NCBI GenBank assembly: GCA_016748015.1
Contig: JAAOMT010000776.1
Coordinates: 310,001-374,000 of the forward strand
DNA: 64,000 nt
Origin: Geosiphon pyriformis uo1
Lineage: Eukaryota > Fungi > Glomeromycota
Direction of reading: 5' to 3'
Shown here: positions 35,945-50,523 of the stretch, piece by piece
How positions within the stretch are numbered: position 1 is the stretch's first letter
How the letters are laid out: the number at the start of each line of letters is the position of its first letter
The notes under the pieces: generated by a model
The model's input: only the letters and a program-made list of their open reading frames with translations
Databases searched by the model: none
What the model was told of the DNA's origin: nothing
Position numbers and translations under genes: made by a program

Positions 35945-37099
35945 ATGTTAACCAAATACAGCCTATCTCTAAAGTATTATTATTCTATTGATTTTTATTA
36001 TATTTCAATCTATCAACAGTTAAAAGAGGAAAGAGAGGAGAGAAAAAATGAAACGGAGAAAGGTCGGCAAAAATAATCGATGGAAAGGCGGGCTCATATA
36101 AGTATAATTTCTATGATAAAGATGACAATATGAGGTGAGTGAAATTTTCCGCCCGCCCAGAGAAAACGAAAGAATAAAATCGGAAACTTGGTCTATTAAA
36201 ACGAGAATTTTTTACGCGATGATTATTATAACGTTTGTTTTGCACGAGTTTCATCCATGTTCTAACTAATATGACTTTTGTGTACCCAATTGGCCTCTGT
36301 TTCTTAACCACTTTGGATCGTGACGAGGAGTACGAACAAACTATGGGGATTTCTTAGCGGATATTGGAGGTATTTTTGGGTAGAGTCTAAACTCCAATTA
36401 GATTAATGGACCCTGTCAAATATCTTCACTGATTTTCAAGGATCGCTCAATTATAAATCATTGCCATTGTTCCTTCTTCGATTTCTATTATACTCTGGTT
36501 TGCAAGACGGGCGTTTTTCTTCCTCAATTTTTGCTTTTTCGCCTTTTCGCCTTTTTACATAGTTAATTTCTTGAAAGAAATGTTTGATTATTTCAGATAA
36601 TGGATTTAAAAAAATAGGTAAAGTTTATGTATTGTCTACAAAAAACTTTGAATTCTTTAATAATCTATTAAAGTGCTTTCTCGGCTATGCTTCAAGCATC
36701 AAAGTGCAGGTAAGAAAACTTTGACCAATTGCACATCGAAAATTCTAGGTGCTTCTAATTCAGCTCAAAAGAAGTTAGATAAATTTGCTCAATACCCTAT
36801 TTAGGAAAATTTTGGTACTATAAACTGTTAGATTCATTGGTTTTTCGATTTGATTTTTGCTTAATTATTGCTTAACATATTATAAAAATAACAAATGTTA
36901 CACGATTATTGATTAAATTTAAATATATTCCATTTTGTTTAATCTTCAATGTTAAAAGTAATTTCTAATTTAATTAGTTAAAAATCTAACATATTAAAAA
37001 TATTTAAAATATTTGCTATCCTTTTTCTTAAATAGTTAATTTTAAGTTTAAGTAATTAATAATATAAAAATTGGTTGGCCAAAAAAAGCAACTTCTTTT

Positions 37100-39480
37100 C
37101 TTTTTACAATTCAAAACAACCAACTTTTTAAAATGTCAGAAAAAATTATTCTTTTTGGTGTTTTTTAGAGCATTTTTTTAATTTAAAGCCTGTTTTTTCT
37201 TTTGTAATAAATAAAGCATTGGCTTTATTTGATTTTTTTGGTTTTTATATTAATTTTTTTATAATTGTATTAATTATAATATATAATTTAAATTTGGTTG
37301 TAAATAATATTTTTTTTTCTATTTAAATAATAATAATAGCAATATATTTGTTAACATTAATCTTAATTAATATATAATTGAATTGTTTAATATATTGAAT
37401 TTTAATCAATTATTACCAGTTTTAAAAACAAAACATGTTTTTACATATAACTTTAATTAATTAACTTATTAATTACTTAATTTTAAAAATTGGACTGATT
37501 AAATAAAAATTAAAACTTTTTTTCATTTTTATTTTTTGATAATACTGCTAATTTTAACAATATTTATAAAATATTTATAAAATATTTACCAATTATTAAT
37601 AATTTTTTGAATAAATAGTTTTTATTTTAATATTTAATAAAATTATTAAGATAAAAATAACTATAATAGAATTATATTCTAATTTTTATATGGTTTTTTT
37701 GTTTAAAATTATTTATTAAAGCTTTTTTATATAAAATTTGTATTTTAAGTTTTTTTAAATATTATTATCAAAATTAAGCTTGGCAATTTACTTTTTTTAA
37801 TTATTTTTAAATTATAAAATTTTCTATAGTATTTGGTTTTAATTTTATTTTTGTTATTGTTTTTTATAATGTTTTTTTTAAAACTATTGTAAATAATATT
37901 AAAAATACTTTAAATATTTTAAAATTTTTTTAATATTAAGTTAAAATCTGTTAATTAATATTAATATAGTATTATTTACTTCAAAATTAATATATTTTTA
38001 AATGCTATTTTGGTTTATTAGTTAGTTTTTATAAAAAAACAATGTTAAATTTTTTCTGGTTATATTGTTTTAATTTAATTTTTTAAGTTTATAATTATAT
38101 TTGTTTATTTCTTAATTTTTAAATTTTATTTGGTAATTAGAATATATTATTATTATTTTTAGTTTTTAAGTAAAATTAAATAATACTATTATTAAAACTA
38201 AGATTAAAAAAAGCTAAATTTAATAAAAAATCTTTAATTTATTAATGTTGTTTTAAATATTAAAATTTGAATTATTTGGTTTTTAATTTTAAGTTTTTAA
38301 AATTTTTAAAAATTATTTTATTAGTACAAAATTTTATATTAAAATTATTGTTTTTCTGGTTTTTTTTGTTATTATTATTATAAATTAGAATAATAAACTA
38401 ATAAATAGTAAAATAAAACAAAATTGTATAGTAATATAAATAATTAAAAAGAATTTTAATTTTAAAGAATAAATTAAATTAGTATAAATTTAATATATAA
38501 AATTAGTTTTATAAATATCTTAGTTACTATTATGATTAAATTAAGTAGAGTATAATTATAATATTTAATACTCATAATTAAGTAATAAGAGCTAAATAGC
38601 TTTTAGAATAAACTGGTTTAAATTGTAAATAAATTTATTAGTTTTAAAAATTTTTTTGTTTAAAGTTTTACTTATTAAGTTTTTTTGATTATAAAACATA
38701 AAAATATTGTTTTTACAATTATGTTATTATAATTGGGTTTTTTTTACACTAGTCAATTATAATTATTAAATTTGGTGTTATTTTTTTATTCTTCTGATAA
38801 GCTAATAAGATAAAATTAATATTTAATACTTAAGAAAAGCTTTTTTTTACCAGGCTATTATAAAGTCTAATCTTAAAACAGTCGATTTTTAATATTGTTG
38901 TTTTACAAAAAAAATAAAAAAAATAAATATTCTATCAATTTTTGTAATTAAAAATAATTAATCCAAATTATTAAAGTTTTAAAAGCTTTTATACTAATTA
39001 TATTTGGTTTAAAATATAAATAAAAAAAAACAATTAATTAGACTTTAATAATCTAATTTATTAGAATTATGTATTTATAAATTTGAATAATAATATTTTG
39101 TTTTATTTAAATTAATAAGAAATATAAAAAAAATAAAGATAGAAAAGTTATTAATATTGATAAAAAAATATTAAAAAAGAGTTGATTTTTGTTTGTCTTT
39201 TTCTATTTACTAAAATTATTTATTTTTATACTTATTTTTTAGTTTTATAAGATTATTTTTTTAATTGCTTGTTATTGTTTATTATTTTAGTTATTGCTTT
39301 GTTTTTTATGTTATAACTAGTTATTTTATGCTATTATTAGTTATTTTGTGTTATTTTATGTTATTGTATATTGTTTTATATTATTTTATATTATTTTGTA
39401 TTATTTTACATTATTTCGTATTTTTATGTAGTAATTATGTTTTTTAATAGTTTTTAATTGGTTTTTTTACTCAAATAATA
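37100..39480 (-). mobile_element. Heavily eroded Gypsy 5' relic with a family D-type LTR (~38720-39480) and gag remnants
   Basis: 38795-38940 aligns with 2230-2430; 39455-39480 matches the LTR D start; 38590-38625 resembles the post-PBS region of element C. Left boundary uncertain. Confidence 0.6.
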
Positions 39481-40471
39481 ATATTATTTTTTCTAAAAAT
39501 AACAAAAAAATTTAAAGATAGAAAAATAGTCTATTTTATTAACACTAATATAATTTTATATTTTATATTAACATTTTTAAAATTTAATATTAGGTATTAA
39601 TCATACTCTTTAATAATATTTATTTAATAAATTTTAAAAGTAATAATTATAGGTAAATATTAACAAGTAATTTTTTATTACAAAAATGTTTAAATACTTG
39701 AAAAAATTTGGAAAAAAAAATAAACAAATTAAAAAAAATTGAATATTTAAAAGTAATTTTTATTATTTTAATTTATATATGTTTTATATATTAAAACATG
39801 TTTTTTTAAAGCTAAAAAATACATTATTTATATAGTTATTTAAAATAATTAATTATTAAATTATTAATTAGATTAACAATTAAGTTATTAATCAAATCAA
39901 TTATTAAATCATTGATTAGGCTAATAATTAAGTTATTAATCAAATTAATAATTAGATTAATAACCAGATTATTAATCAAATCATTAATTATATTTTAAAA
40001 ATAAAGTGGCTAACTATATAATATTAATAATTAACACATATAATAATTAATAAAAACTATAGTTTTCAATTATAATATTATTTTTTATAAAAAGATTAAG
40101 CTTTGGTGAAATTAAACTATTTATAAAGTATTCCAATTAAAAAATTTTGTTTAACTTAAAGTTAACTAGTTTGGTAAAGTTTTTTATTAATAATATATAC
40201 AAAATTTAAGACAAAATAAGCTTTGTATTTAAGAAACTAAATTTTTGTATAAAAGTTTTGGCTCTTTTAACAATAATTAAAACTCTTAAAACATCTAATT
40301 ATATAATATCCAAAATTTTTGTTTGTATTTTTTAAAATGTTTTTTTTAAAAGTTTTATGTTCTCTATAATTTTACCAAAATAACCATAAAACTTTAATTG
40401 TTTTTATATAACAAGTATTTATTTGTAAACAAAATTTTTTTAATTGTTTTTTTAAATATATTAGAAAATAA
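39481..40471 (-). mobile_element. Eroded family C 3' LTR (to 40077) with PPT and ORF3 remnant
   Basis: 39490-40077 aligns with the reverse complement of 58977-59560, including the 12-bp array and GTGGCTAA; 40078-40470 resembles 58560-58976. Confidence 0.7.
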
Positions 40472-43256
40472 TATTACCAATAAACTTTTAGTTATTAATT
40501 AACATAAAATTATTCTTATAATTCTTATTAGCAATTAGTATATATTATTATTGTTTTAATTATTACTTATTAGTTAACTAAATTATCAAATATAACTATT
40601 TAAGAATTCACCAAAATTTGCAAAAATTTACAAATATCTTAATAGTTTATTAAAATTATTTATAGTTTGTAGAAATAACTTGTAATTTGTTAAAATATAT
40701 CTTTAGTTTATTAAAATTATAACAAAAAAAGTTCAAGTTCATAAAATAGTATTATGACAAATTGTATAAAAGAAGAGCTTTTTTTTTAAAAAAATGTATC
40801 TTATTTTATTTTAGAACTATTAATCAAAGTTAAGATTAAGCATTTTTTACATATTTTTATAAAAATAATAAAAAAACATTAAATTTTTAAAAAATCCAAA
40901 TTTTTTCTTAATAAAATTTTTTTTCTTTTATATTTCTTTTATATTTTTTATATTTTTTATAATAATCTTTAGGGTAGCTTACAAATAAAATTTTTGTAAA
41001 AGAGTTAACTTGTATAGCAAAGTAACTACAAATTTTTAGTAAGCTTTTAGACAAATAATTCTTAAGAAAGAGTTAACTTTTATTGTAAAGTAATTATATA
41101 AGTAACTGACATAGAATTTGTTATTCTACTTATAAGTTTAACAATTTAAATTATAGAAGATAATTTAAAGATAAATTCAGTTATTAAAAATTTATTAGCT
41201 TCTAATAATTATAAATTAACAACAAATTAATATTAATAACATTTAAAAAAAAAACCAAAAATCTTTGGTAATATTTGGTGCTTTTCTACAAATTAATACA
41301 ACAACAACAACTTCAAAGTAGCAATTATATACTACAAACAATAATTTAAAATTCAAGATGAGATTACAGTTTTTAAGAAAACACTTTTCTAATATATTAA
41401 AAACCAAATCAATAATTATCTCTTTGGAAATTACAATATTATAAAAGTTAAGTAAAATTTTTTTGAAATCCTTATTCATTATTTAAATAAAGACCCAGAA
41501 AATATTAATGCTGACAATTGCACTATTTATTTTAAAGAACTTAATTATAACATTATCAAGTTTTGCAAAGAAAAATATGCTGCTAACTTATAATTTATTT
41601 TTGAATTTGAGTTTGAATCTAAAACAAACAAAAAAACAAAAAGAAAAACATGTAACTAATAACACTCAATATACCAAAAACAACTTTTCAATATTTGTAA
41701 ACACTTAAACAAAAAACTAGTTCTAAACTACCACTTTTAATTACATTTTTCTCAGCTTCTTTTGCACAAGCTCAAATACTAAATTTATTATTCAACTATT
41801 TTTTAAAACCAGAAAACTTTACATCACCAAAAAATCTAATACAACAGTTTGAACAAATTTTTATCAGCACAAATCTTCTTGATTTCTTAACAGATAACCA
41901 GAATAATTACTTTAATAACAATAAAAACATTTCTAAATTTACTGAAAACAAAACTACTAAAAACAAAAATACAGAAAAAATGACAACTATTTATATTGTA
42001 AAAATCATTAAATTTACAGAAAAAGATATTAACACTAATTTCCAAAAATAACTTAACAAAATTTTAAAAACAAAAAATACAAATAAATAAAATATAGCCA
42101 AAATATTAAAAACAATTCCATATTTTCTTCAAAAAACTGTTGAAAAATGATTTGAAAACTTAACTATACTCTTCAAAAACTGGCAAACATTCAAAAATGC
42201 TTTTTTAAAACAGGTTACTAATAATAACACTTCTATTATACTCTGAAATCAGTTTTAAAACATTAAACAAGAATCTTTTAAATTTATTATGACTTATCTT
42301 ACAAACTTTTTTAATAAATTTGCTAATTAGAAACCAATAACTACTATTTTAATACTCAAATTTTGGATTAATTTATTGCAAAACTAAAAAATAAGTTAAT
42401 CAAAAAAGTTTATTTACATGCATTAAAAGATTTGGCCACTGCTATCTAATATGCTAAAAACTACAAAATGGTCATAAAAAAGGTCAATTACACAAAACTT
42501 GTCAATCTTACAATTGGCAAAACCAGCTTAGCAGTTAAAAAAAAATTGACCAACTTATAAAAAAAATTGAAAACTATTTTATTAACCAATAGCAGCAATA
42601 ACAGAAGTATTAGTCTTTCTAATAACAACTTTAAAACAATTATCTATTATTATTAAGCAGCCAAAACTAAAGCTGTTATTATTGTAAAATTCCAGAATAT
42701 AGGAAATAAGACTACAAAAAATTACAATAAGATTAACAAAACAAAGGTAATTAACATTACTTTTTATCACAACAATTTTACTACCAGTTTTTCTTACAAA
42801 CTTATTATTTTTTAAGACTTTAATATTAAAACAATTATTATTAGTCTGTTTTACAATTAATATAACAATAATATTAGCAACTTTTACCAGTTTAACAATA
42901 TCAATTATTATTTACACAATAATACCAAGTACTTGCTCAAAAATTAATTCAACAAAACCAATTCACATCACAAAATCAATTCTCAAACAATAATAAAGTT
43001 AATTCCAATAATTAATTAGTTTCTTATAATAAAATTCAACAAAAATCTAATTATTTCTACATTTAACTTGGCTATTTAACAATGTCTAAAAAATTAAATT
43101 TTTATCAAACTGCATTTTTTAAAAGTAAAATTATAATACCAAGACAAAATTTTTTCAACAACAATTACATTATTTTACCAATTAAGATTGCCAAAAATAT
43201 TAACTTTTTTGATATTTTTTCATTTGAATTTGAAAAAAATAAATCACTATTCTTGC
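40472..43256 (+). mobile_element. Eroded Gypsy 5' relic, family E: LTR 40472-41273, PBS, gag; ends at the LINE
   Basis: LTR end GGTAATA then TTTGGTGCTTTTCT; gag remnants IPYFLQKTVEK*FENL and IFSFEFE, similar to element B gag. Confidence 0.75.
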
Positions 43257-45745
43257 TTTTTTATTATTATTAATGTTTAACAAATAAAGCCCAAATGTCA
43301 CTTAGCACAATACATTAAACTAAGTAATCTAAACTAGGCACAAATTATGTATTTTCTACATAAGACCAGTCATTCAAACTAGTTAGAGCAATACTATAAA
43401 TCTATTTTAACTGATATTGTATTATTGATATCAGAAAAAAAACAGCTAGGCCTATAAAAACCAAAGCTAACTTCTAGTGCTTCAGTAATACCAAGCAATA
43501 TAACAACTCCAATAGAAAACAGAGATAACAGACCACAAATCTCAAATAACTTTAAATCATTACAAACAATCAAGCTTTTTTTCTTTAGTACTGTTTTGTA
43601 CTTGGCCCAAACCAATTATATATTGTTATGATAAGCTGCTTCCAAGCTCTAAACAAAATCTATAACATTCTTATTGGCTATCTTAACACCATCAAAAATG
43701 GACAAAGCCTCTAAAAACCAATTTTTGAACAAAAAACCCTTATATAAAGTGGTGTAAATAGTATTGTTAAAGACACACAAAGAAAGCATCTGTAAAACTT
43801 GAAACAAAACCAAGCTCAAATTTGACAAAACACCCCATCAAGCTATATAAGACTTAAACAAGTCCACACAAATTTCAGCATCAAATATGCACATGAATAA
43901 ATGATCAGAACTCTCCATATTTCCACAGTGAAAACACAACACACTGGGGTACCTCTTATTGTAAAAACATTTTTAAATAGCAACTGGCAGATGACAGTAC
44001 AAAGCCTTCATAAAATATGATTGCAAACTGGCTGTAGACTTATTTGTAAAGCCAGCAGTTATGTATGAGTCAAAATGCCAGTCTGAAGTAGTATGAACTT
44101 AATTCATATCATCAACTATGTTTTTATTAATAATATCAAAGCCAGGTCCAATTTTCCAATAGACACAATGAACAGTTCTGAATACATCTTAAGCAAAATA
44201 ACAAATGTTCTCAGACACTAACACCCCACCAGTTTTAATAAACTTATTTTCAACAAGAACAGAAAAAACAAAATTTGTATCAGCAGCTAAGCCAGCCAGT
44301 ATATTAGTGTGCTCATTATCCAAAACACCCAAATGTTCTTTAATCTTATACCAAGAAACATTAAGTCTCTTATTCCTAACAAAAGCTACTACACCTTACT
44401 GCTTTATTCAACAATGATTCTAAAAGTCCAGCAAAGCCAAAATTGATTCAGTAGCACAAACATCTAAGACAGCCTAACTGTCTGAATAAATCACAACAGA
44501 GCTGTCAAAAAGAATACACACCAAAGCCAGAATAATTGCCTACAATTCTGTCATCATAGAAGACACCAATTCATTAATTTTAACACCAACACCCAAATTT
44601 AGATCAAAAAAATACATGGCTGCACCATATCTTATTTCACACATACTTAGATTCTTCAAAAATCTATTTGTGTAAATACTAATAACACTTAGATTAGCAA
44701 CAGAAAGACAATATCTTAACTCTAAAATGCCATTAGAACCACAAATATCTAGAGACCAAAAGCTATTGACAAGTAAAACAGCTGAGAGAGAAGATTTGAC
44801 CAAAAAATTACATGCCAAACTGAATTAATAAGAGATTAGGCCTCTTGGATCAAGTCTTTTTTAGCAAAAGAAACACTTTCAATCAAAAACCAAGCTCTTT
44901 TTATTGTATAACTGTTCAATAAAAGTGAACCCAAACCTCTTAAATAAACATAAAACATTGTAAAACATTGAATTATCCAAAACAAAAGACATTGAAATAT
45001 CACTAGAAAAGTGAAATACAGTTATAGAAAAATTTCCAAGAAATATATCACAGTCCAAAAAAATTTTAACTACACCAGCCAAAAAATTATTAATTGGACT
45101 GATATGCAGTTTTACAGAATGGCACAAAGAGTGAATGGGTAACCAATTCAGAATCTGCAAATCTAAAGACTTATGATTGAACAGGCAACCAAGAAGCCCA
45201 TTAACATTTGAAAAACTCAGCACAGAAGTCAACTTACACTTAGCTTACAGCTGTTCAAAAAATTTCAAGCCATATAAAGAAGAATAATAAAAAGTCTCAT
45301 TGGGAAAGTCTTTTGGCAGACTAGCCTTTATTTTTAAATTTCTTTTATAAGCATATCTTACTTAGCATACACACTTTTAAAAACAAAACTAAATGTTGCA
45401 ACACAGCTGAAACCAGATAAAAAAACTGTTTGTCTGAGATAGTCTTTTTCAAAACCAAATTAACAAAAAACCTGATGTCTGAGTGAGCCTTCACCAAATT
45501 AAGCTTGAACAAGCCCTCAAAAAACAAAAAAATCCCAAGGTATCTATAAGATTTATTTTTAAAAGCAACAGAAATTAGCAAATTATTAATTGACAATAAA
45601 GTATTCTTAACCTTTTGGTTAATAAAAATTGTAACTGTTTTCTCATTATTAATTGAAATATCATTAATCTCAAAAAAACCACTTGTAATATCCAATATAT
45701 ATTGAGTGGCTGCCTAACTACTTCCCATCCAAATAGTATTATTAA

Positions 45746-46653
45746 TGTTACAGGTGATTATTTGGGGTTTCAAATCAAATAACAAATCTGTAATTTGGTG
45801 CTTAATAGCTAATATCATTGATAATATCTGAAAATTTTGGTTGTCTAAAAGTTTTGGTTGAGTTTTTTGTATAATAAACAGAGATTTAATAATTGTTTTT
45901 TTAGTTACCTTCCAGAATTACAATTCCATCAATTCTTTTTTCAATGTAATGGCCAGCAATTTTCTGGTAAGTTATTCTCAATTCTGAGTGTTTACTCTTA
46001 TTTCTGGGTCTTTTACCAGTGCTATATTTTGACATTAATACCCTGCACATTAAATCTTTTTAATTAATTTAGTAAATAAACAACAAAAAAAGAAAAGAAA
46101 ATAAAAGAAAATAAAGAAAAAAAATAGAGAAATAAGCCAAGACAAAAAAAGTTAGTATCTTATTAATAGCCATGATCAAAAGCTATTGGTCTAGTGTAGT
46201 TAAGTATTGATAATTATCAATATAAATTTGTTAATAACAAAAAGATAGATTGTAATAGTAACAAGTATTTTATTAATATTTGATATTTCCATTTTAAGTC
46301 ATAGAATATTATCATATGAAGAGATAAATGGAGAATTGAAACTGAAAATTTTAAACTAAAGATTTTCAAACTAGAGATTCTGCTTTTTTTGCTTCTAATA
46401 CTACTGCTATATATACATAAATTTTGTTATATGAGATTTTTTGAATTTTTCAATTTTCTTAGCCAGGAATCCTAGAATTTCTTGAAAGGAATTCTAGAAT
46501 TTTGAAATTCTGTAATTCTTTGTTTTGGAATTCTGTAATTCTGGAATCCTGCAATTCCTCTGAGAGAAATCCTGGAATTTCACTTTTACTGCATCTTATT
46601 CTGATTGGTTAATTTGTATACTAATATATAATTTCTATATTTTATAAGTAATA
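45746..46653 (-). repeat. Solo LTR, family B-like, inserted in the LINE RT FVDD codons
   Basis: Reverse complement aligns with 5380-6332; 4-bp flanks TTAA/TCGA; removing it restores TTT GTC GAT AAT ACT ATT TGG. Confidence 0.9.
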
Positions 46654-49600
46654 TCGACAAAAGTATTAGTAGTGAAAAATAAAATCATCCCACTCTGATT
46701 CACCAATCTGCCAGTCTTGGCAACAAATTTGGTATTAATACAATAGTCACACAAACTCTCCTAACATTTAACTTTACACAATAGAAGGTCATAAAAAATT
46801 TTTTAAAGCAGAGAAAAAAAATCTTACTCTGGTTCAGACCATTATGTACTTAGTAACTTTTTGTTAAACTATAATTAGTTATAACCCAATTTATCCTATT
46901 ATTATGAATGCTTCCAAAAAAACAAATAAACTGTTTGCATATTTTAATTCAAGTTAAACTATTCCTTAAATGCTATCATCTAACAGAGACATAAGTCTTT
47001 TGCATGTCTTGCAATATTAATCAAAGTTTATGGTCTTTTTCTAAAGCATCTTTAACTACTGACTCAACAGCAAAGATAAGAAACTAAGTTATAGTCCCTC
47101 TTAGCACAGAAAAATTGTTATCACAGAAAACATCATACACACTACAAACCAGTAAAATTTTATTGAAAAGTAATTTGGAAAGAATCTTATGAGCAGTTTC
47201 AATTAAGGCAATTAGTCTTGTATTAGTCAGAACACTCTTCTACTTATAAGGTTTAGGAATCATTAACACTCAAGCTTCCTTTCATAACTGTAGAACAAAT
47301 TCATGTACCAAACAAAAGTTTAAAAGATCCAAAAGCATAACCAGAACCGAATCATCACAATGCTTCTAAAGCTCATTAATAATACCAGACAAACCAACAG
47401 TTTTTTTATTAGGTAGGTTTTTGACCACTTGTATCATATTATCATAACTAATAGAGATCATAACTCTAGAAAATGTACTATTATCAATGTAAGCCAACAG
47501 CAGATATTAGTGCTGCCACACATCAGGAATATTATTCAGTACAACCCTCTTTTTTGTCTAACCTTCCATAATAGAATTAACCTTATCTTTAACTTCAATT
47601 AGATCTAAAATCAATTTACTATTAGCAACCAAATGATTCAAAACCACCTTATAAAAAAGACATTTCAATACACTTTTGATTATGTGGTCTTTGTTGACTG
47701 CAAAACTCTTCATCTTTTTATCAATAGCAAATCTAATGCTTGATTTTTTAGTTCTTAAAGACTTAGCAAGTTTGGATGCATGATATAATTTTCTTATTTC
47801 AAAAAAAACAGATCTTATACAATTAACATTAGCACCAAAATCTACAAGATTTTAAACAAATAAAGTCCTACTACTATCTAAAAAACACCAGCAGTTTATT
47901 AAAGAGACAAATCTGTTAACATTCTCTTTACAAAAAATCTTAATAATCTTCAAAACCAAAATTTTCAGTTTATAAAACCTGAAAAACTCCTTGGTAAATA
48001 CTCCATCATAGCTCTTAAACCATTTTTTTTTGAATATCTCATTAGCTAACAAAGTTATTACTTTGCAAATAGTATTCCACATTGCATTCAGATCTAAAAA
48101 TCTCTTAGACATAGCAAACTTTTTAGAAAACATAACAGCATTGGCTGCCATAACAATCTTAAAATTGCATTATTTCATCTTATTAGCATTTTTGATATTA
48201 AACTTTTAATAATCTTTATTTGTTTATTTGTACATAGAGATCAACTGCATATTTAACAAACCTCTCAATCCCATAGAAACAGAAACTGCCTGGTGATTAA
48301 TATTAAAATATTCTCCAACATCTACTATAGCATAATCTACTACTGCATTAACCAAATTTGAAGAAATAAACACATAATCAATTGTTTTTACAACATTTCT
48401 CAAATTTCTCCAAGTTGACATATTTGTCCAATCAAAGAATTGACCAATTCTAAACTGAGGCATTTCTTAAAACTAGCACATTTGTGAAAGTCATTTTCAT
48501 TGAAATTTCCATTTAAAACAGTAAAAAAAAATTTGTTTACAGCTTTTATAATCAAAAAATTAATTTCATCAGCTTGAAAAAACTATACAGTCATAGAAAC
48601 ACCAGCATAAAGCCCCAAAATTAACACAGAGAGTCTATTTCTGAAAAGTAACTTGACAGATAAAAGCCAATTAGGCATCTCAAAAATTCTGTACACATGT
48701 CTTGCCAAGGACATGTTTATAATAATTACAATACCAGAATCCAAATAACCTAAATTCATACCAGATATAAAGACCTGAACACCATCAAACTTGTTTATAA
48801 TTCACAGATGAATCTTGCTCTTTAACTTAGTCTCAGTAACAATAAAAATAGAATTGTTTATATCTTTGTGCCAACAAATAATATTACTCTGTTTTGCAAA
48901 ATTGTTTATACTTCTGACATTATATGTAGCTACTTTCTAAATAAGATTGGTCATTAAGAAGATAGAGAAGGTAATGAACTTGAGCCAGCACATAAACAAT
49001 CAAGTTTCATTAAAATTGAACATACAGAAGCATTAAGCACCATTAATTTAGACTCTAAACCATTTATCTTAGTGGTTAAAACTTTTGAGCTGCTCAAACC
49101 CAAGATCAAAGCCAAATCAATTATAACCATAAGAAACAATATGAAAGACACTGGCAAAATGTCCAAAATCATATCTGAACCAAAATCCAAAACAATAGGC
49201 ACAGAAGCAACAGAAGAGAAAAATAGAAAAATAGAAACATTTGGTATTAAGTTAATACCATTTAATTTCTTAATGAGACATGTTACTTGATCAGCTAAAA
49301 GCTCAAGAGTGCATTTCAAAGAAATCAACTAGTCACTAACAAATGAACTACTCTAAGTATCTGTTCCAATCTTATTATCATCAGAGACACTAAAAGAAAA
49401 AAAACTAAAGCTAAAACCAAAAAAATTCGAGGATATCACATGAAAAAAAAAGCTGCCAGCAATTTGGGCCCAAGTTTTATTACCAAAAGAAACTAGATGA
49501 GCAATGGGAGCCTATTTTTTTTATAAATATTGGCCAGGCAAACTCAATTCTGAGAAGTTATCATCCATCTATCATAACTATCTAAATTTTCACCCATTAA

Positions 49601-50523
49601 ACAAATATTGAAAATATAACCAAACTGTTTACATTGAGCACAACAGACCAAAGAAAGTCCAGTTCAATACAAATTTATATTTTTGAACACTGGAGTAGAA
49701 CCAATAACAGCCAATTTGGATATCTCATTTTTAAAACACATTATTGCACACTTATTATAAACATATGAGCTGGGATTATGACCAATAAAACAAGTTTTTC
49801 TACTATATGATTCCAATAAATCTAAGAGATTATAAGCTGTGATCCCAATTGGAAGAGTATATAACAAAGCCCAATGATAATCTTTAGACACCTATAATTG
49901 TTTATTGTCAACAGCCAAAGCCACATGTACTGAATCTTTTTTCATAAAAACTGACCATTTAAAAGCAACAGCACAGACTATTTCTGATAATCCAAATTCA
50001 ACTAAAGTCTTTTGTAAAAGACTAATTAATTATATCTTAATTGATACAATCTTATAAAATTTAAAAAAAACTGACTCTATAACTGACTTTGGAAAATTAA
50101 CTGGAATTTTCTTGACAATTATTTTCCAATTTAAATGACTGTTTACTTTTTTGAAATTATTATTAACAAGAATTTTCTTACAGATTGCCATATTTTTTGC
50201 TATTTTCAAACTAATTTTTGAAATAAAAGATGATCAAATAATTCCAAGAAATTTTGAAGGAGTCAAAGTTTCTCCAAATTCATCAACATAATAAAAAATC
50301 TTTTTTATTGTCATTAACTTATTACTATTAGTCTTTCTAAGCACTGCTAATAACTCAATATCAAGTGCAAAAGATTTGACTGGCTCAAAATTGTGCTTAT
50401 TTAAGACACATAATACAACAACTAATAAACACTTAGCACTAGAAAATTTAGAAGCCAAAAGTATCAAAATATCACTATTGCTGTTGCTTAAATTGTCAAA
50501 AGAAATTTTTTTTGGCTTGCTGC

